Below, piece after piece: positions 8,639-19,379 of a DNA stretch of 64,000 nt. The position numbers and the translations under genes are program-made. This stretch comes from Bacteroidia bacterium (GTDB lineage Bacteria; Bacteroidota; Bacteroidia; M30B66). The stretch covers positions 1,504,001-1,568,000 of the forward strand of contig OZ257142.1 of assembly GCA_965279035.1 (NCBI GenBank). Direction: 5' to 3'. Every line of letters starts with the position of its first letter. Within the stretch, counting starts at the first letter, position 1. The notes under the pieces are model-generated. The model did no database searches, had not been told where the DNA came from, and saw only the letters and a list, made by a program, of their open reading frames with translations.

Positions 8639-10031
8639 TAGCTTAGTTGTACTGTTATATTTTCCTTTTTGGGGGATTTATCAAAGTTCCGAAGCTCAAG
8701 TTGTGTTGAGTTATCAGTCATTTCTAAATCATGTATTAGAAAATAATCCAATTGCCAAGCGCGCATTGAGTTTTCAACGACTGGGTGAATATCAAGTTCA
8801 ATCGGCTCGAGGAGCTTATGATCCATTTTTTGAGGGGAAACATGAAAATAAATTCTTCAATGGAATGAATTATTATTCAGTAACAAATACTGAAATAAAG
8901 CAAGCACTTTTTACCTCCAATTATTTAAAAGCAGGTTATGATTATGGAATAGGAAATTATGTCAATCCGGAACTCCAAACAAGCTCATTTGGAATTCCAT
9001 ATATTGGTATGGAAGTATCCTTATTACAAGGAATGATGATTGACAAACGAAGAGCAGATGTATTAAAATCCCGGAACTATTTAAACTATTATTCTGCTGA
9101 GAAAGACCATCAATTGAATCAATTATTACTTGAAACATCTTTGTCTTTTTTCGATTGGATGTTTAGTTTAAAACAAGTATCTCTTACAAACTATTTCTTA
9201 CAATTAGCTCAACAACGTTATCGTGGAATTGAGTCAATGGCGGCCCTTGGTGAGCGACCATCTGTTGATACGATTGAAGCCTCCTTGTTTTTACAATCTC
9301 GCCAATTAGAGCTTCAAAGTGCTGAGATAGAATATCTCAAAAATCAAAATCAAATCGCATCTTTCAATTGGCAAGCAAACGGAAGTGCATCGCAATCAAT
9401 TCGATTTATTCCAATGGATAGTTTGGAAACTTATTTCGAAAAAGCTAAATCCATCCTTGGAACTCGTTTATATCAAGACTCAATTCGAAATCCATTGATT
9501 TCTAAATACACTGCATTCCAGCATGTACTTGATATTGATAAGCGCTTGAAAAAAGAAATGATCAAGCCCAAATTAAATATGAATTACAATTTGTTGTCTA
9601 ATAATTCAGCTGCATATTCTCCATTTTTTTCAAGCAATAGTTATAAATGGGGCATACAAGTTTCCTTTCCACTTTTTTTAAGAACGCCTATTAATGAATA
9701 TCGAATTGCAGGAATTGCTAGTTCGAATAATCAATTTGAATTGCAAAATAAAAACAATGAGCTGCAATTTAAGCTAACAATGCTTTCTCAAACAATAGAT
9801 GTATTAGCTGCTCAGCTTATAAATGCAGAAAAAACAGTTTTGTATAGTCGGAAATTGGTTGAAGCCGAAAAGCAAAAATTTGAATTGGGCGAAAGTTCGC
9901 TCTTCCTGATCAATACGCGCGAAGCAAAATGGTTAGAATCTGAATTGAAATTAGCTGAATACAAATTAAAATTTATCAAATCCATTGTACAAATTATCTA
10001 TTACAAAGGGAATTTGAATTATGAGTTTTAA
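8625..10031 (+). CDS. TolC family outer membrane efflux protein
   Basis: The likely start is the ATG at 8625 (MKRINSL, signal peptide), overlapping the upstream stop. Motifs 'ARGAYDP' and 'EKQKFELGESSLFLINTRE'. Confidence 0.9.
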   Translation: MKRINSLVVLLYFPFWGIYQSSEAQVVLSYQSFLNHVLENNPIAKRALSFQRLGEYQVQSARGAYDPFFEGKHENKFFNGMNYYSVTNTEIKQALFTSNYLKAGYDYGIGNYVNPELQTSSFGIPYIGMEVSLLQGMMIDKRRADVLKSRNYLNYYSAEKDHQLNQLLLETSLSFFDWMFSLKQVSLTNYFLQLAQQRYRGIESMAALGERPSVDTIEASLFLQSRQLELQSAEIEYLKNQNQIASFNWQANGSASQSIRFIPMDSLETYFEKAKSILGTRLYQDSIRNPLISKYTAFQHVLDIDKRLKKEMIKPKLNMNYNLLSNNSAAYSPFFSSNSYKWGIQVSFPLFLRTPINEYRIAGIASSNNQFELQNKNNELQFKLTMLSQTIDVLAAQLINAEKTVLYSRKLVEAEKQKFELGESSLFLINTREAKWLESELKLAEYKLKFIKSIVQIIYYKGNLNYEF

Positions 10032-10037
10032 TTTAAA

Positions 10038-10961
10038 TTAATACGTCTGAGTCCATTGAAAATGCTCATTCACAATTCGTGTTTTATTTTCTTTAAGATG
10101 TTCTAGAAATGCTTGTGCAACATAATTATGTTTTTTACCCTTTAACCAGATTAAATTCCAACTTGTTTTTATTGGAAGTCCTTTTACCGGCAAAATCGAT
10201 AAATCACCATTCAAAATTTCATTTTTTATTCCTATAAGTGGCATAATGGAACAGCCTAACCCAGCTATTATAGCCTGTTTGACAGCTTCATTTGAGGTCA
10301 ATTCAAGTTTTTTACGGATGAATAATTGATTCTTTTGAAGGAATTGTTCCATAGATTGCCGCGTACCAGAACCAAGTTCCCGATATATTAATGCTAATTC
10401 TTCTATGAAATTGGGAGATTTCGGTTTAGAAGAAGGTGTATAATCTTTATTCCCAACTAAAAACAGTTTATTCTCCATTAATTCGAGCTTCTCTATTTGA
10501 ATTGATTCAGGTAAAATAGAGACCAAAGCTAAATCAGTTTCATTCTTTTCTAACTTTTCAAGCACTTTTGCTTTATTGGAAACATCTAAGTTTAATTCAA
10601 TTCCAGGGTGCTTTTTAAAAAATTCGCTTAATATATATGGCATAATATATTTTCCAGTTGATACTATTGAAATAGTGAGTTTACCACTTAAGAAACCTTT
10701 GTAAGCAAGCGTTTTATAATTTATAGCATATACTTCTTGAAGGATTTTTTCTGCAGCTTGTGCTATCTCATTTCCAAATTCAGTAACATATAATCTTCTT
10801 CCAATAATCTCTGTAAGTGGAATCTCAAATTGATCTTGAAAATTTTTTAATTGAATTGATACTGCTGGTTGGGTTAAGTTCAATTCCTCGGCTGCTTTAG
10901 TTATACTAAGCATCTGAGTTACTTTTAAAAAAACCTGTAATTGATGAAGTGTATATTGCAT
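10038..10961 (-). CDS. LysR family regulator, CbbR/CmpR-like
   Basis: HTH 'SITKAAEELNLTQPAVSIQLK', plus 'RELGSGTR' and 'LTSNEAVKQAIIAGLG' typical of the CbbR/CysL subgroup. Confidence 0.88.
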   Translation of the reverse strand: MQYTLHQLQVFLKVTQMLSITKAAEELNLTQPAVSIQLKNFQDQFEIPLTEIIGRRLYVTEFGNEIAQAAEKILQEVYAINYKTLAYKGFLSGKLTISIVSTGKYIMPYILSEFFKKHPGIELNLDVSNKAKVLEKLEKNETDLALVSILPESIQIEKLELMENKLFLVGNKDYTPSSKPKSPNFIEELALIYRELGSGTRQSMEQFLQKNQLFIRKKLELTSNEAVKQAIIAGLGCSIMPLIGIKNEILNGDLSILPVKGLPIKTSWNLIWLKGKKHNYVAQAFLEHLKENKTRIVNEHFQWTQTY

Positions 10962-11020
10962 TTTTCTAAATTTTAGAACTTAAACATTAATTTTCTGCAT
11001 TAGTTCACTCTTAAAAAAAA

Positions 11021-11851
11021 TTAAGGATTACAGATATAACAATACATTGGATCCGCTTTTTCTCCCTTCAAATTTACTGCTTCTTCTTTTTCAAATTCAC
11101 ATGTTATACATGTATGTATTTTTGATTTTGTTTGATTACTTGGTGTTCCACATTGAGAGCATGGCATACCGGTTTTTACTCGAGTAACAGCAAAGCCTGG
11201 TGCATCACACATTGGACATAAGCTGTTTATTTTCACAATTAATTCCTTACAAACCGCTTCAATGGATTTCATTCGTGTAGGATTATGAAAGGCTCTCATA
11301 TCAGTTTCTATAAGTACTTTTCCTTCAGTCTTTTTTATTTGCTTAACCAATTTAATAATTTCAATTTCATCGTGGAGTCCTTTAACTATTTTGGAAGATG
11401 ATTTTAATATAATTCCATGACTTGGAAATTGTACTTGTTTTAAGAAATTAAATAACTCACTTTCAGATTGAATTTCTTCTGATGCATAATTGGTATTGGT
11501 GCTAATAATTCGAGCACTTATCTCCCACTTGTTTTTTTTATCAATTAGTAAAAGTATTTCTTCATTTGATGGAATAAAAAAGTAGTTAGGATGTGGTCCA
11601 AATGAACCTTCACTAGCTATTCCTAGATCACAGTTTGTCAAATTCATTGCTTATAAGCATTTTTCTCTGGCTATATTTAACGGTGAGTTTTTTCGTTCTA
11701 TTTCACCGCTGAATGTCCCAAACACATCTGAATCAAATCCCTCAGGGAGAAAGCATTTCACTTGTAAATTTTGTTCTAAAATTGGGGCAATTACTTTCTC
11801 CTTATGATGCATAGTCGCAATCACTAAGTGACGGTTTTTAAATGCAAACAT
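11021..11851 (-). pseudogene. DUF6671-like protein split by one in-frame TAA
   Basis: ORFs 11651-11851 and 11021-11647 share a frame: ...AAA TGC TTA TAA GCA ATG... Together they make ~276 aa with 'ATMHHKE', 'FGTFSGEIER', 'ASEGSFGPHP', 'ETDMRAFHNPTRM' and a CxxC-rich C-terminus. Confidence 0.8.
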
Positions 11852-12213
11852 TATTTCTTGACTATATTTACTTCAGCCTGAAGTTCAATATTACCATTCG
11901 ATTTTTCAATCTCCTTTCGAATCTCAAACAAATCTTTTTGTAAAGTCTGAATGCGTTTTTCTCTCATTTTTATGTCTTCTTCATTCAACTGATGATTGAT
12001 TTTGCTTTCATGAAATCTAATTTTTACATGAATCATCTCAGTTAATATTTGCAAGGCATCTTTTGAGCTAAAATGACCTTTAATCAACTGTTTTGTAAAG
12101 GTTTTCTTATTGTCCTTGTCCTGCAGAATAAGCTGCTTTTCCTTCAAATTCATATAGATTCTCGGTTTTAATGGTGTCAATATTTTTCTTAAATGCATGT
12201 TGAAGAATATCAA
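11851..12213 (-). CDS. Small coiled-coil hypothetical protein; true start probably downstream of 12213
   Basis: Lies between icd and DUF6671, touching the DUF6671 start codon. The listed N-terminus overlaps the end of icd by ~100 bp. Confidence 0.65.
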   Translation of the reverse strand: MIFFNMHLRKILTPLKPRIYMNLKEKQLILQDKDNKKTFTKQLIKGHFSSKDALQILTEMIHVKIRFHESKINHQLNEEDIKMREKRIQTLQKDLFEIRKEIEKSNGNIELQAEVNIVKK

Positions 12214-13546
12214 TGATTGATTCTTTACTAATGTTTAATGTATTATTGGAAACAAAGCGGCATCTCCAGTGATCGGTACAGAATGTTTCTTTAAATCCTT
12301 CTGGCCACACTTTTATTCCACGATTCGTAATCATCGATAGATGTAATTCCTGATTGTTTAATTCTGAAATCTTACCAGCTAATTCATCCGGATTAGTTCC
12401 GCCCCAATGCACAAATACATCAACACCTTTCAATTCTTTTTTAGCTGATTTCTGCCTTGTATATATTGGTAATTCAAGTTTTCCTTTTGACGAATAGTGC
12501 ACTGGTTGGAAAGTCTGTGGTTTTTTTCCTAAGTTTTTAATAACAGCTTTAGCAAACTCGAGTGTTCCAACTTGTTCGCGGCTAATTCCTTCTTTGAAAA
12601 TATCATATGTATGAATGCCATCCTCCAAAGTTTTAAGCCAAGCATTTTGAATATTCTCAGCGATTTCATTTTGTCCAATATGATTTAACATCAAAATGGC
12701 ACCTTGTAATAAGCCTGAAGGATTCGCTTTATTTTGTCCGGCTCTTCTCGGTGCTGAACCATGAATAGCTTCGAACATTGCGCATTCTTCTCCTATATTT
12801 GACGAACCTGCTAAACCTACCGACCCCGCTATTTGTGCTGCTACATCAGACAAAACATCTCCATATAAATTAGGCATTACAATCACATCAAATAATTCTG
12901 GAGTATCTGCCATTTTAGCTGCACCGATATCAATAATCCAATGCTCATTTTCTATTTCTGGATATTCCAATGCTATTTCATCAAATACTTTGTGAAACAA
13001 ACCATCTGTTTGCTTCATGATATTGTCTTTGGTAAAACACGTCACCTTTTTACGCTTGTAATGTTTCGCATATTCAAAGGCATATCGGACAATTTTTTCA
13101 CAACCAGGTCGACTAATTAACTTTAGACATTGAACAACTTCATCTGTTTGTTGATGTTCAATTCCTGCATATAAATCTTCTTCATTTTCACGTATGATTA
13201 CCAAATCCATTTTTGGATGTTTGGTTTCTACGAATGGATGTAAACTCATGCACGGACGCACATTGGCGTATAGTCCCAAGAATTTGCGAGTTGTAACGTT
13301 TAAGCTTTTATATCCTCCACCTTGAGGTGTGGTAATGGGTGCTTTTAAAAAGATTTTATTTTTACGAATGATATCCCATGATTCTTTTGATATTCCTGAA
13401 GTATTTCCTGCGAGATATACTTTTTCACCCACTTCTATTTCATCCCATTCGATTTTTGCACCTGCTGCAATTAATATATTCAATGTGGCATCCATTATTT
13501 CAGGACCAATGCCATCACCTTTTGCAATTGTAATTCGAGTTATCAT
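12107..13546 (-). CDS. icd: NADP-dependent isocitrate dehydrogenase (form with C-terminal extension)
   Basis: 'GDGIGPEI', 'KAPITTPQGGGYKSLNVT', 'KDNIMK', 'PNLYGDVLSD', 'FEAIHGSAP', and the extension 'MITNRGIKVWP...CTDHWRCRF'. Confidence 0.95.
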   Translation of the reverse strand: MITRITIAKGDGIGPEIMDATLNILIAAGAKIEWDEIEVGEKVYLAGNTSGISKESWDIIRKNKIFLKAPITTPQGGGYKSLNVTTRKFLGLYANVRPCMSLHPFVETKHPKMDLVIIRENEEDLYAGIEHQQTDEVVQCLKLISRPGCEKIVRYAFEYAKHYKRKKVTCFTKDNIMKQTDGLFHKVFDEIALEYPEIENEHWIIDIGAAKMADTPELFDVIVMPNLYGDVLSDVAAQIAGSVGLAGSSNIGEECAMFEAIHGSAPRRAGQNKANPSGLLQGAILMLNHIGQNEIAENIQNAWLKTLEDGIHTYDIFKEGISREQVGTLEFAKAVIKNLGKKPQTFQPVHYSSKGKLELPIYTRQKSAKKELKGVDVFVHWGGTNPDELAGKISELNNQELHLSMITNRGIKVWPEGFKETFCTDHWRCRFVSNNTLNISKESIIDILQHAFKKNIDTIKTENLYEFEGKAAYSAGQGQ

Positions 13547-13665
13547 GCAGATTTATTTTTCCGCAAAACTCAAAAGATTCAATCATTAATTTTAATTTTT
13601 TGATTTTATAAATAGGATAAAAAGAATTTATATTTCGCATTCTTAAGCCTATCAATTCAAGCCAT

Positions 13666-15398
13666 TCATTCAAAATAAACTTGAAATATTCTGCTAATTA
13701 TCCCTTGATTTTCGGTCTGTAATTCTATTATATATAATCCGTTTTTCAATTGAGGGATTTCAATTGAAAAGGATGAATCTTTGTTTAATAAATTGGAAGA
13801 AATTAATTTCCCATCAATCGAATAAATCATCCATTTCAGAATTTTGATTGATTGATCTAATTCTATTTTCAGTTGATTTTGTGCTGGTTGAGGAAATAGT
13901 TTGAAATCATTTTTAGGATGATTAACTGTGTTTGTCATAAGTGGAAATTTCTCTCTAGTTGCTAAAGGAACATAGGAAATATTCTCTTTTAAAATTAAAT
14001 ACAATGGAATGTTAAAACCTCGATCACCAAGTGTATTAAAAACGCCACTATTCCAGATGGCCCAAGCAGCATCAAACCAATTACTATGTGTTTCATTTTC
14101 ATAACGAGCAATTTTCCAACACGCTAGTAAAATAGAATGAGGTGTATCAACCCAGCCGGTTTGGTTTGTTGACATTACTCCACGTTGAAGTATTTCATTT
14201 GCCAGATTATCGGTGACTAACACTGCATAGGGCTTATATTGAGCAGCTAAAGCTATATCACCACGGTCGCGAAAAGCCACGTATGCTTCGGTCAATGCCC
14301 AAGCAATCATACTTTGATACCAAGGTTGAGCATTGTGTGCATCCCAATTTCGACCTGCCACTTGTGCTGATGGATATAAACTAGAAAATGCAATAGAGCT
14401 AGTCATGTTATCTACCAAACCATTGGTATCCCAATCGGTTAAAATGCCTGGACAGAGATTTCGATCGAGCCGGTCAATCAATGCGGCTTTAAAATCGGCT
14501 CTTCCAGTCCATGCATAGAGTTGTGATAATGCCCAAACGAGTTTAGCTGAGTAATTATGATTGGTTACTAATGGATGTTGAATGCACCATTCAGCGCCAA
14601 GAACAGCTGCATCACGGTAACGTTGTTTAATGATTGGATCTGTTTGTTGAATGGCGTTTTCAACTAAAAAAGCGATAGCCCAACCTTGATCGTAACCTGC
14701 TCCACCAATATCACCCAGGATAGTTCCATTTTGGATGATATGATCATTAACGGCGAACTGTTTTCACTGTAGATTCCAGCAGTATATGTGATACAATAGG
14801 ATGGAACTGAATCACAGAAAATAGAAACGCCATTACCAACAATACCACTGAGTTGACAAGGATCGCCGCTTAATCCGTTATAATATCCAAACATTCCGGC
14901 GTAGGTAGCTAATGGTTCGGGGGCATGTTGAGCAGAATATTGCTGTGCTTCGAGCATATTGCCCATTTGTTCTAATGAAGATATATTGCTGTAATATCCT
15001 GCCAACCGCGCGTATAAAGCTGCTAATCCATAACGGGGCATGCCTCGTGCTGGTTCGGGACAGGCAATGGTATATGCTTCTAATGTTGGGCGGTATCCAG
15101 TATTCCACACATTGGCAATACTGCTTAGAGAAGGTTCAGTTGTATTTGGAGTAGTAAATGGACCGTATTCAATTTGAGGACAGCCTAAGGAGATTCCACG
15201 CGTTTCTTTTGCTTGTCGAATGGCAGATTCTACATCACTAACAGTACCATTCAACATTTGTTGTTGGATGTTTGCTCGATCTGAATTGCTACCATAATCG
15301 TTGCCACAAGGTGCTATTACTTGAGCAATGGTGGGAGTTGTTAAGTATATAAGTAGGAATAGGATACTGTTTTTCACGTTATTATTTTGATAGCACAA
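13666..15398 (-). pseudogene. Secreted T9SS type A cargo (~577 aa) split by a 1-nt frameshift near 14761-14766
   Basis: The 5' ORF has a signal peptide. The other frame opens at 14763 (KQFAVNDH...NHNYSAKLVWAL...) and runs without a stop into ORF 13666-14481, which ends in a CTD ('LFPQPAQNQL', 'LKNGLYII'). Confidence 0.8.
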
Positions 15399-15597
15399 TT
15401 TAATGAAATTTTGAAAAGCGTTTTTTTAGAATGTAAAAATGAAAGAAGATTACACTTCTATTGATTTGTGATTTAGAAAGAATTTTATAAAAATATATGA
15501 TTTAAGTGTAAGAAATAAAATACTGATAAAGTATACTTTGTGTGCTATTAAATTTTAATACAGATTAATTCATAAAAGCCTCTAATTAAAGGAGATT

Positions 15598-17979
15598 GTG
15601 AATTATAATTATTTATTTATGGTTAAATACACGAAAAGGATTTGGAAAATCTTTCGGATAATTATTATTACAATTGGGTTAACACTATTTTTTACTATTC
15701 TATTTATTTCTCCTATTGCAAAGTTTCTAATTGAGAAATATGATGTAGAAATTATTGGAAGACAAATCACTTTGGATTGGGTAATTGTGAATCCTTTTTC
15801 TGGTTCAATTCAGTTGAATGGTTTAAGTGTATTTGAAAATAAAAGCGATGAATTGTTTTTATCGGCTGATGAGCTTTTGGTTGATTTTAGTTTAGTGAAG
15901 CTAATTCATGGAGAATACGAAATAACTGAATTAAACATAAATCAATTAATTGGGAATGTTATAAAGAATGATTCACTCTTTAATTTTGATGATATTATTG
16001 ATAGATTTAAGACAGATACGATAGAATCTAAAGCCAAAGAGCCAATTCATTTTAGTATATTAAATATTCAGATTAAAAAAAGTCAACTCATTTATCGTGA
16101 TTTATTAACCCCAGTTCATTATTCTATTAAAGAACTTTCGATGGAATCTCCTGGATTTCATTGGAATGAACAAACGATACAATCGACATTTTCATTTATT
16201 TCAGGTGAAAGCAAAGGAAATATGAATGGTGCGTTTACAATTAATTATGATAAACTAGATTATTTATTAGATATTAAAATTGAAGATTTTGATTTATTAA
16301 TTTTAGAACAGTATTTAAGTGCTTTAACGAATTATGGAAATTATTCTGCCATGCTTGAAGCCAATCTCAGGGTAACTGGTAATTTTAAAATGGCTGAGAA
16401 TGTTAGTTTTATTGGTGATATTGCATTAAATGATTTTCATTTTGGAAAGGATATTCAAAATGATTATGCTTCATTTAAGAAACTTTCATTATCGATTGAT
16501 GAATTGAGCCCCTTAAAGAAAGTGTATCTTTTTGATTCAGTCATACTCGATACTCCCTACTTCAAGTTCGAACGTTATGATTATCTCGACAATTTGCAGT
16601 ATATGTTTGCAGATGAAAAATTAGTTGAAAAGAAAGTGAACAGTGAAGAGTTCAACTTAGTCATTACTATTGGGAACTATATTCGGGATTTATCGATGAA
16701 TTTCTTAAAAAGTAATTATAGAGTTAATAAGTTGTTAATTGAAAATGGGAACCTTAAATTCAATGATTATTCGATTAATGAGAAATTTTCCATTGGAATA
16801 GAACCTCTAACAGTAGAAGCCGATTCAGTAAATAAGAAGAATAAGGTAGTAAAAATAGATTTTAAATCTGGAATAAAACCATTTGGAAGTTCAGTTGTTT
16901 CTTTGGAAATAAATCCAAGAGACAGTTCTGATTTTAGGCTACATTACGCTATTGACCATTTACCAATCTCTTTGTTCAATCCTTATTTTGTAAGCTATAC
17001 TTCGTATCCCTTTGATCGTGGTACACTTTCGCTCAATGGGAATTGGAATGTAAATAATGGGAAAATTGTTAGTAATAATCATTTATTACTAATCGATCCA
17101 CGCATTTCAAAACGTATTAAACGAAATTCAGTTAGCAAAATCCCGCTTCCCATTATAATGGCTTTTATTAAAGAAAGAGGAAATGTAATTGATTATGAGA
17201 TTCCGATAACGGGAAATTTAAATACACCTTCTTATGATTTTTGGGATGTTATTTTCGATTTAATTGGAAATGTATTTATTAAACCAGCAACAACTCCTTA
17301 TCGGATTAAAGTTCGTAATGCAGAATCGGAAATTGAGAATTCTATGTCGATTAAATGGGCCTTAACAGTTACAGAAATTAATAAATCGGAAAAGAAGTTC
17401 ATTCGACATTTATCTCATTTTTTAAAGGATAATCCAAGTATTAAGATTCGTATTCGACCTATGATTTATACCGACAAGGAAAATGAATATTTGTTATTAT
17501 ACAAAGCAAAGAAGATGTTTTATTTATCGAATAAACAAATGACAAAGGATCTGTTTTCTGAATCCGATTCATTTACTGTTGATAAAATCAACTCAAAAGA
17601 CAGCTTGTTTGTTCAATACCTTAAAAGTCATATTCATAAAAAGAAGATTCATACTGTCCAGGAAATGTGTTCATTATTAATATCCCCCCAAGTCCTGCAA
17701 AGTGATTTTTCCAAAATGAATAGGCGAAGAAAAAAGGTGTTTTTGGAACAATTCCAACAGGACGAAGTGATGAATCAAATTGAATTTTTGAATGATAAAT
17801 CGGTTATTCCTTATAATGGATATTCGTATTATGAGATTGATTTTAAAGGTGAACTTCCCTTAACTTTAGTTGAAGCATATAAACACATTCGCAATGTAGA
17901 TGATGAAAAGCCAAGAATCAACTATCTGAAAGATCGTATTTCTATTAAGAAAATTCTTAAAGTAAATAAGAGCAAATAA
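15598..17979 (+). CDS. DUF748 (AsmA-like) protein
   Basis: N-terminal membrane anchor, 'IGRQITL...VNPFSGSI', 'FNFDDII', and C-terminal 'KERGNVIDYEIPITGNLNTPSY'. The ATG at 15619 is an alternative start. Confidence 0.85.
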   Translation: MNYNYLFMVKYTKRIWKIFRIIIITIGLTLFFTILFISPIAKFLIEKYDVEIIGRQITLDWVIVNPFSGSIQLNGLSVFENKSDELFLSADELLVDFSLVKLIHGEYEITELNINQLIGNVIKNDSLFNFDDIIDRFKTDTIESKAKEPIHFSILNIQIKKSQLIYRDLLTPVHYSIKELSMESPGFHWNEQTIQSTFSFISGESKGNMNGAFTINYDKLDYLLDIKIEDFDLLILEQYLSALTNYGNYSAMLEANLRVTGNFKMAENVSFIGDIALNDFHFGKDIQNDYASFKKLSLSIDELSPLKKVYLFDSVILDTPYFKFERYDYLDNLQYMFADEKLVEKKVNSEEFNLVITIGNYIRDLSMNFLKSNYRVNKLLIENGNLKFNDYSINEKFSIGIEPLTVEADSVNKKNKVVKIDFKSGIKPFGSSVVSLEINPRDSSDFRLHYAIDHLPISLFNPYFVSYTSYPFDRGTLSLNGNWNVNNGKIVSNNHLLLIDPRISKRIKRNSVSKIPLPIIMAFIKERGNVIDYEIPITGNLNTPSYDFWDVIFDLIGNVFIKPATTPYRIKVRNAESEIENSMSIKWALTVTEINKSEKKFIRHLSHFLKDNPSIKIRIRPMIYTDKENEYLLLYKAKKMFYLSNKQMTKDLFSESDSFTVDKINSKDSLFVQYLKSHIHKKKIHTVQEMCSLLISPQVLQSDFSKMNRRRKKVFLEQFQQDEVMNQIEFLNDKSVIPYNGYSYYEIDFKGELPLTLVEAYKHIRNVDDEKPRINYLKDRISIKKILKVNKSK

Positions 17980-18412
17980 GTGCTGGTTGTTTAAATCTTT
18001 GAAAGATGTTTATGAAAAGTTTGTCATTGGGCTTTATGAGTGAAATAATAATAATAAGATATTACCTGTTGTGCGGTTGAATTATAAATTTATTTTTTTC
18101 ATATCAATCAATGAAATAAGGCTGTAAATGCTTCTTGTCAAATATCATTCATGTTTGTCTACGACGTATTAATTCTTGTCTTGACACAAGAAAGTAATCA
18201 ACGGCGAAGCCCTCATGAGTTCCTTAAAAAATAAACACTAACGAATAAAGAAGGTCAAGTTTGGACGAAGCTGCTTACGCTCAAGGCCTTTTTTCGACCA
18301 TTGTGCTTAGATAAGCTTTTATCTCATCTATGTCGAAACACACCCTCGCCGCCCAGACATAGCCATCGCACTGATCCGTTTCAAAACCTAATTTTAATTT
18401 TAAATAATTTTA

Positions 18413-19379
18413 TTGAATTAGTAGTTTAGTCAATATTGATTTCTTTAATAATTTAGGGCAATCAAAAGATACAATATGAATGCACAATTTAAAAGCCTTT
18501 CATTATTTGATTTTCAGGCTCAGTTTCCAAATGAAGAAAGTTGCTACGCATATTTGGCAAATTTGAAATGGTCAAATGGTTATTCCTGTCGACGATGTAA
18601 GAACAAAAACTTTTGTAAAGGCGTTAGTCTTTACGAGCGGCAATGCACTGTTTGCAGGCATTTAGAATCGCCAACATCTGGAACACTGTTTCACAAATGT
18701 AAATTTTCAATTCTGAAGGCTTTTTATATTGTTTTCTATGTATCAACTAGCAAGAAAGGAATAAGCAGTACTGAGCTAAGTAGAAAGCTTGATTTGGGGC
18801 AGAAGACTTGTTGGTTGTTTAAACAAAAGGTTATGAATGCAATGAAAAGCAGTAAGAAAAATCCAATGAAAGGGAAAGTTGATGTTGATGAAACATATGT
18901 TGGAGGACAAGATGATAAATCCATTGGAAGAAATGAAGGAAAGAAAAAAGTTGTAGTTCTAGCCATTGAAAAGAAATCAAGAGGTGTATCAAGATTCTAT
19001 GGAAAAGTTGTGGCGACAGCTAACAGAAAGAATTTGAGTGAATTTATGAGGGATCATATTGCTCCCAATGCGAATGTTAGAACTGATAAATGGGCTGGAT
19101 ATAAAGGCTTGGAGTCTGAATTTCCGAACCTAATTCAAGAAAAGTCTGAGAAGAAAGGAAGGAATTTTAAAGAACTCCATCGAACAATAATGATGTTTAA
19201 AGCTTGGCTTAGAGGTGTCCATCATTCTGTTAGACATTTACAGCCTTATATTGATGAGTATACATATCGATTTAACAGGCATAAAATGAATGAAGGAATC
19301 TTCGAAAATCTAATGATGAGAATGGTAAAAGCAGAACCATATACTTATAAAATGATTATTGCTTAAATGACTAATTCAA
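18413..19379 (+). mobile_element. IS1595-family insertion sequence, 967 bp
   Basis: Imperfect TIRs TTGAATTAGTAGTTTAGTCAAT / ATTGCTTAAATGACTAATTCAA. 8-bp duplication TAATTTTA at 18405-18412 and 19380-19387. Confidence 0.9.
18476..19366 (+). CDS. IS1595 family (ISXO2-like) transposase
   Basis: N-terminal Zn ribbon (CRRC...CTVC), an HTH, and the motifs 'VDETYVGG', 'VRTD' and 'YIDEYTYRFNR'. Confidence 0.95.
   Translation: MNAQFKSLSLFDFQAQFPNEESCYAYLANLKWSNGYSCRRCKNKNFCKGVSLYERQCTVCRHLESPTSGTLFHKCKFSILKAFYIVFYVSTSKKGISSTELSRKLDLGQKTCWLFKQKVMNAMKSSKKNPMKGKVDVDETYVGGQDDKSIGRNEGKKKVVVLAIEKKSRGVSRFYGKVVATANRKNLSEFMRDHIAPNANVRTDKWAGYKGLESEFPNLIQEKSEKKGRNFKELHRTIMMFKAWLRGVHHSVRHLQPYIDEYTYRFNRHKMNEGIFENLMMRMVKAEPYTYKMIIA

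Noticed and set aside
13585-13635. LysR box upstream of icd (ATAAAT...ATTTAT)
   Set aside because: The region is so AT-rich that this weak dyad cannot be told from background.
14755-14770. Programmed -1 frameshift
   Set aside because: No X XXY YYZ slippery heptamer in frame and no clear stimulatory structure; the A run is only 4 long.
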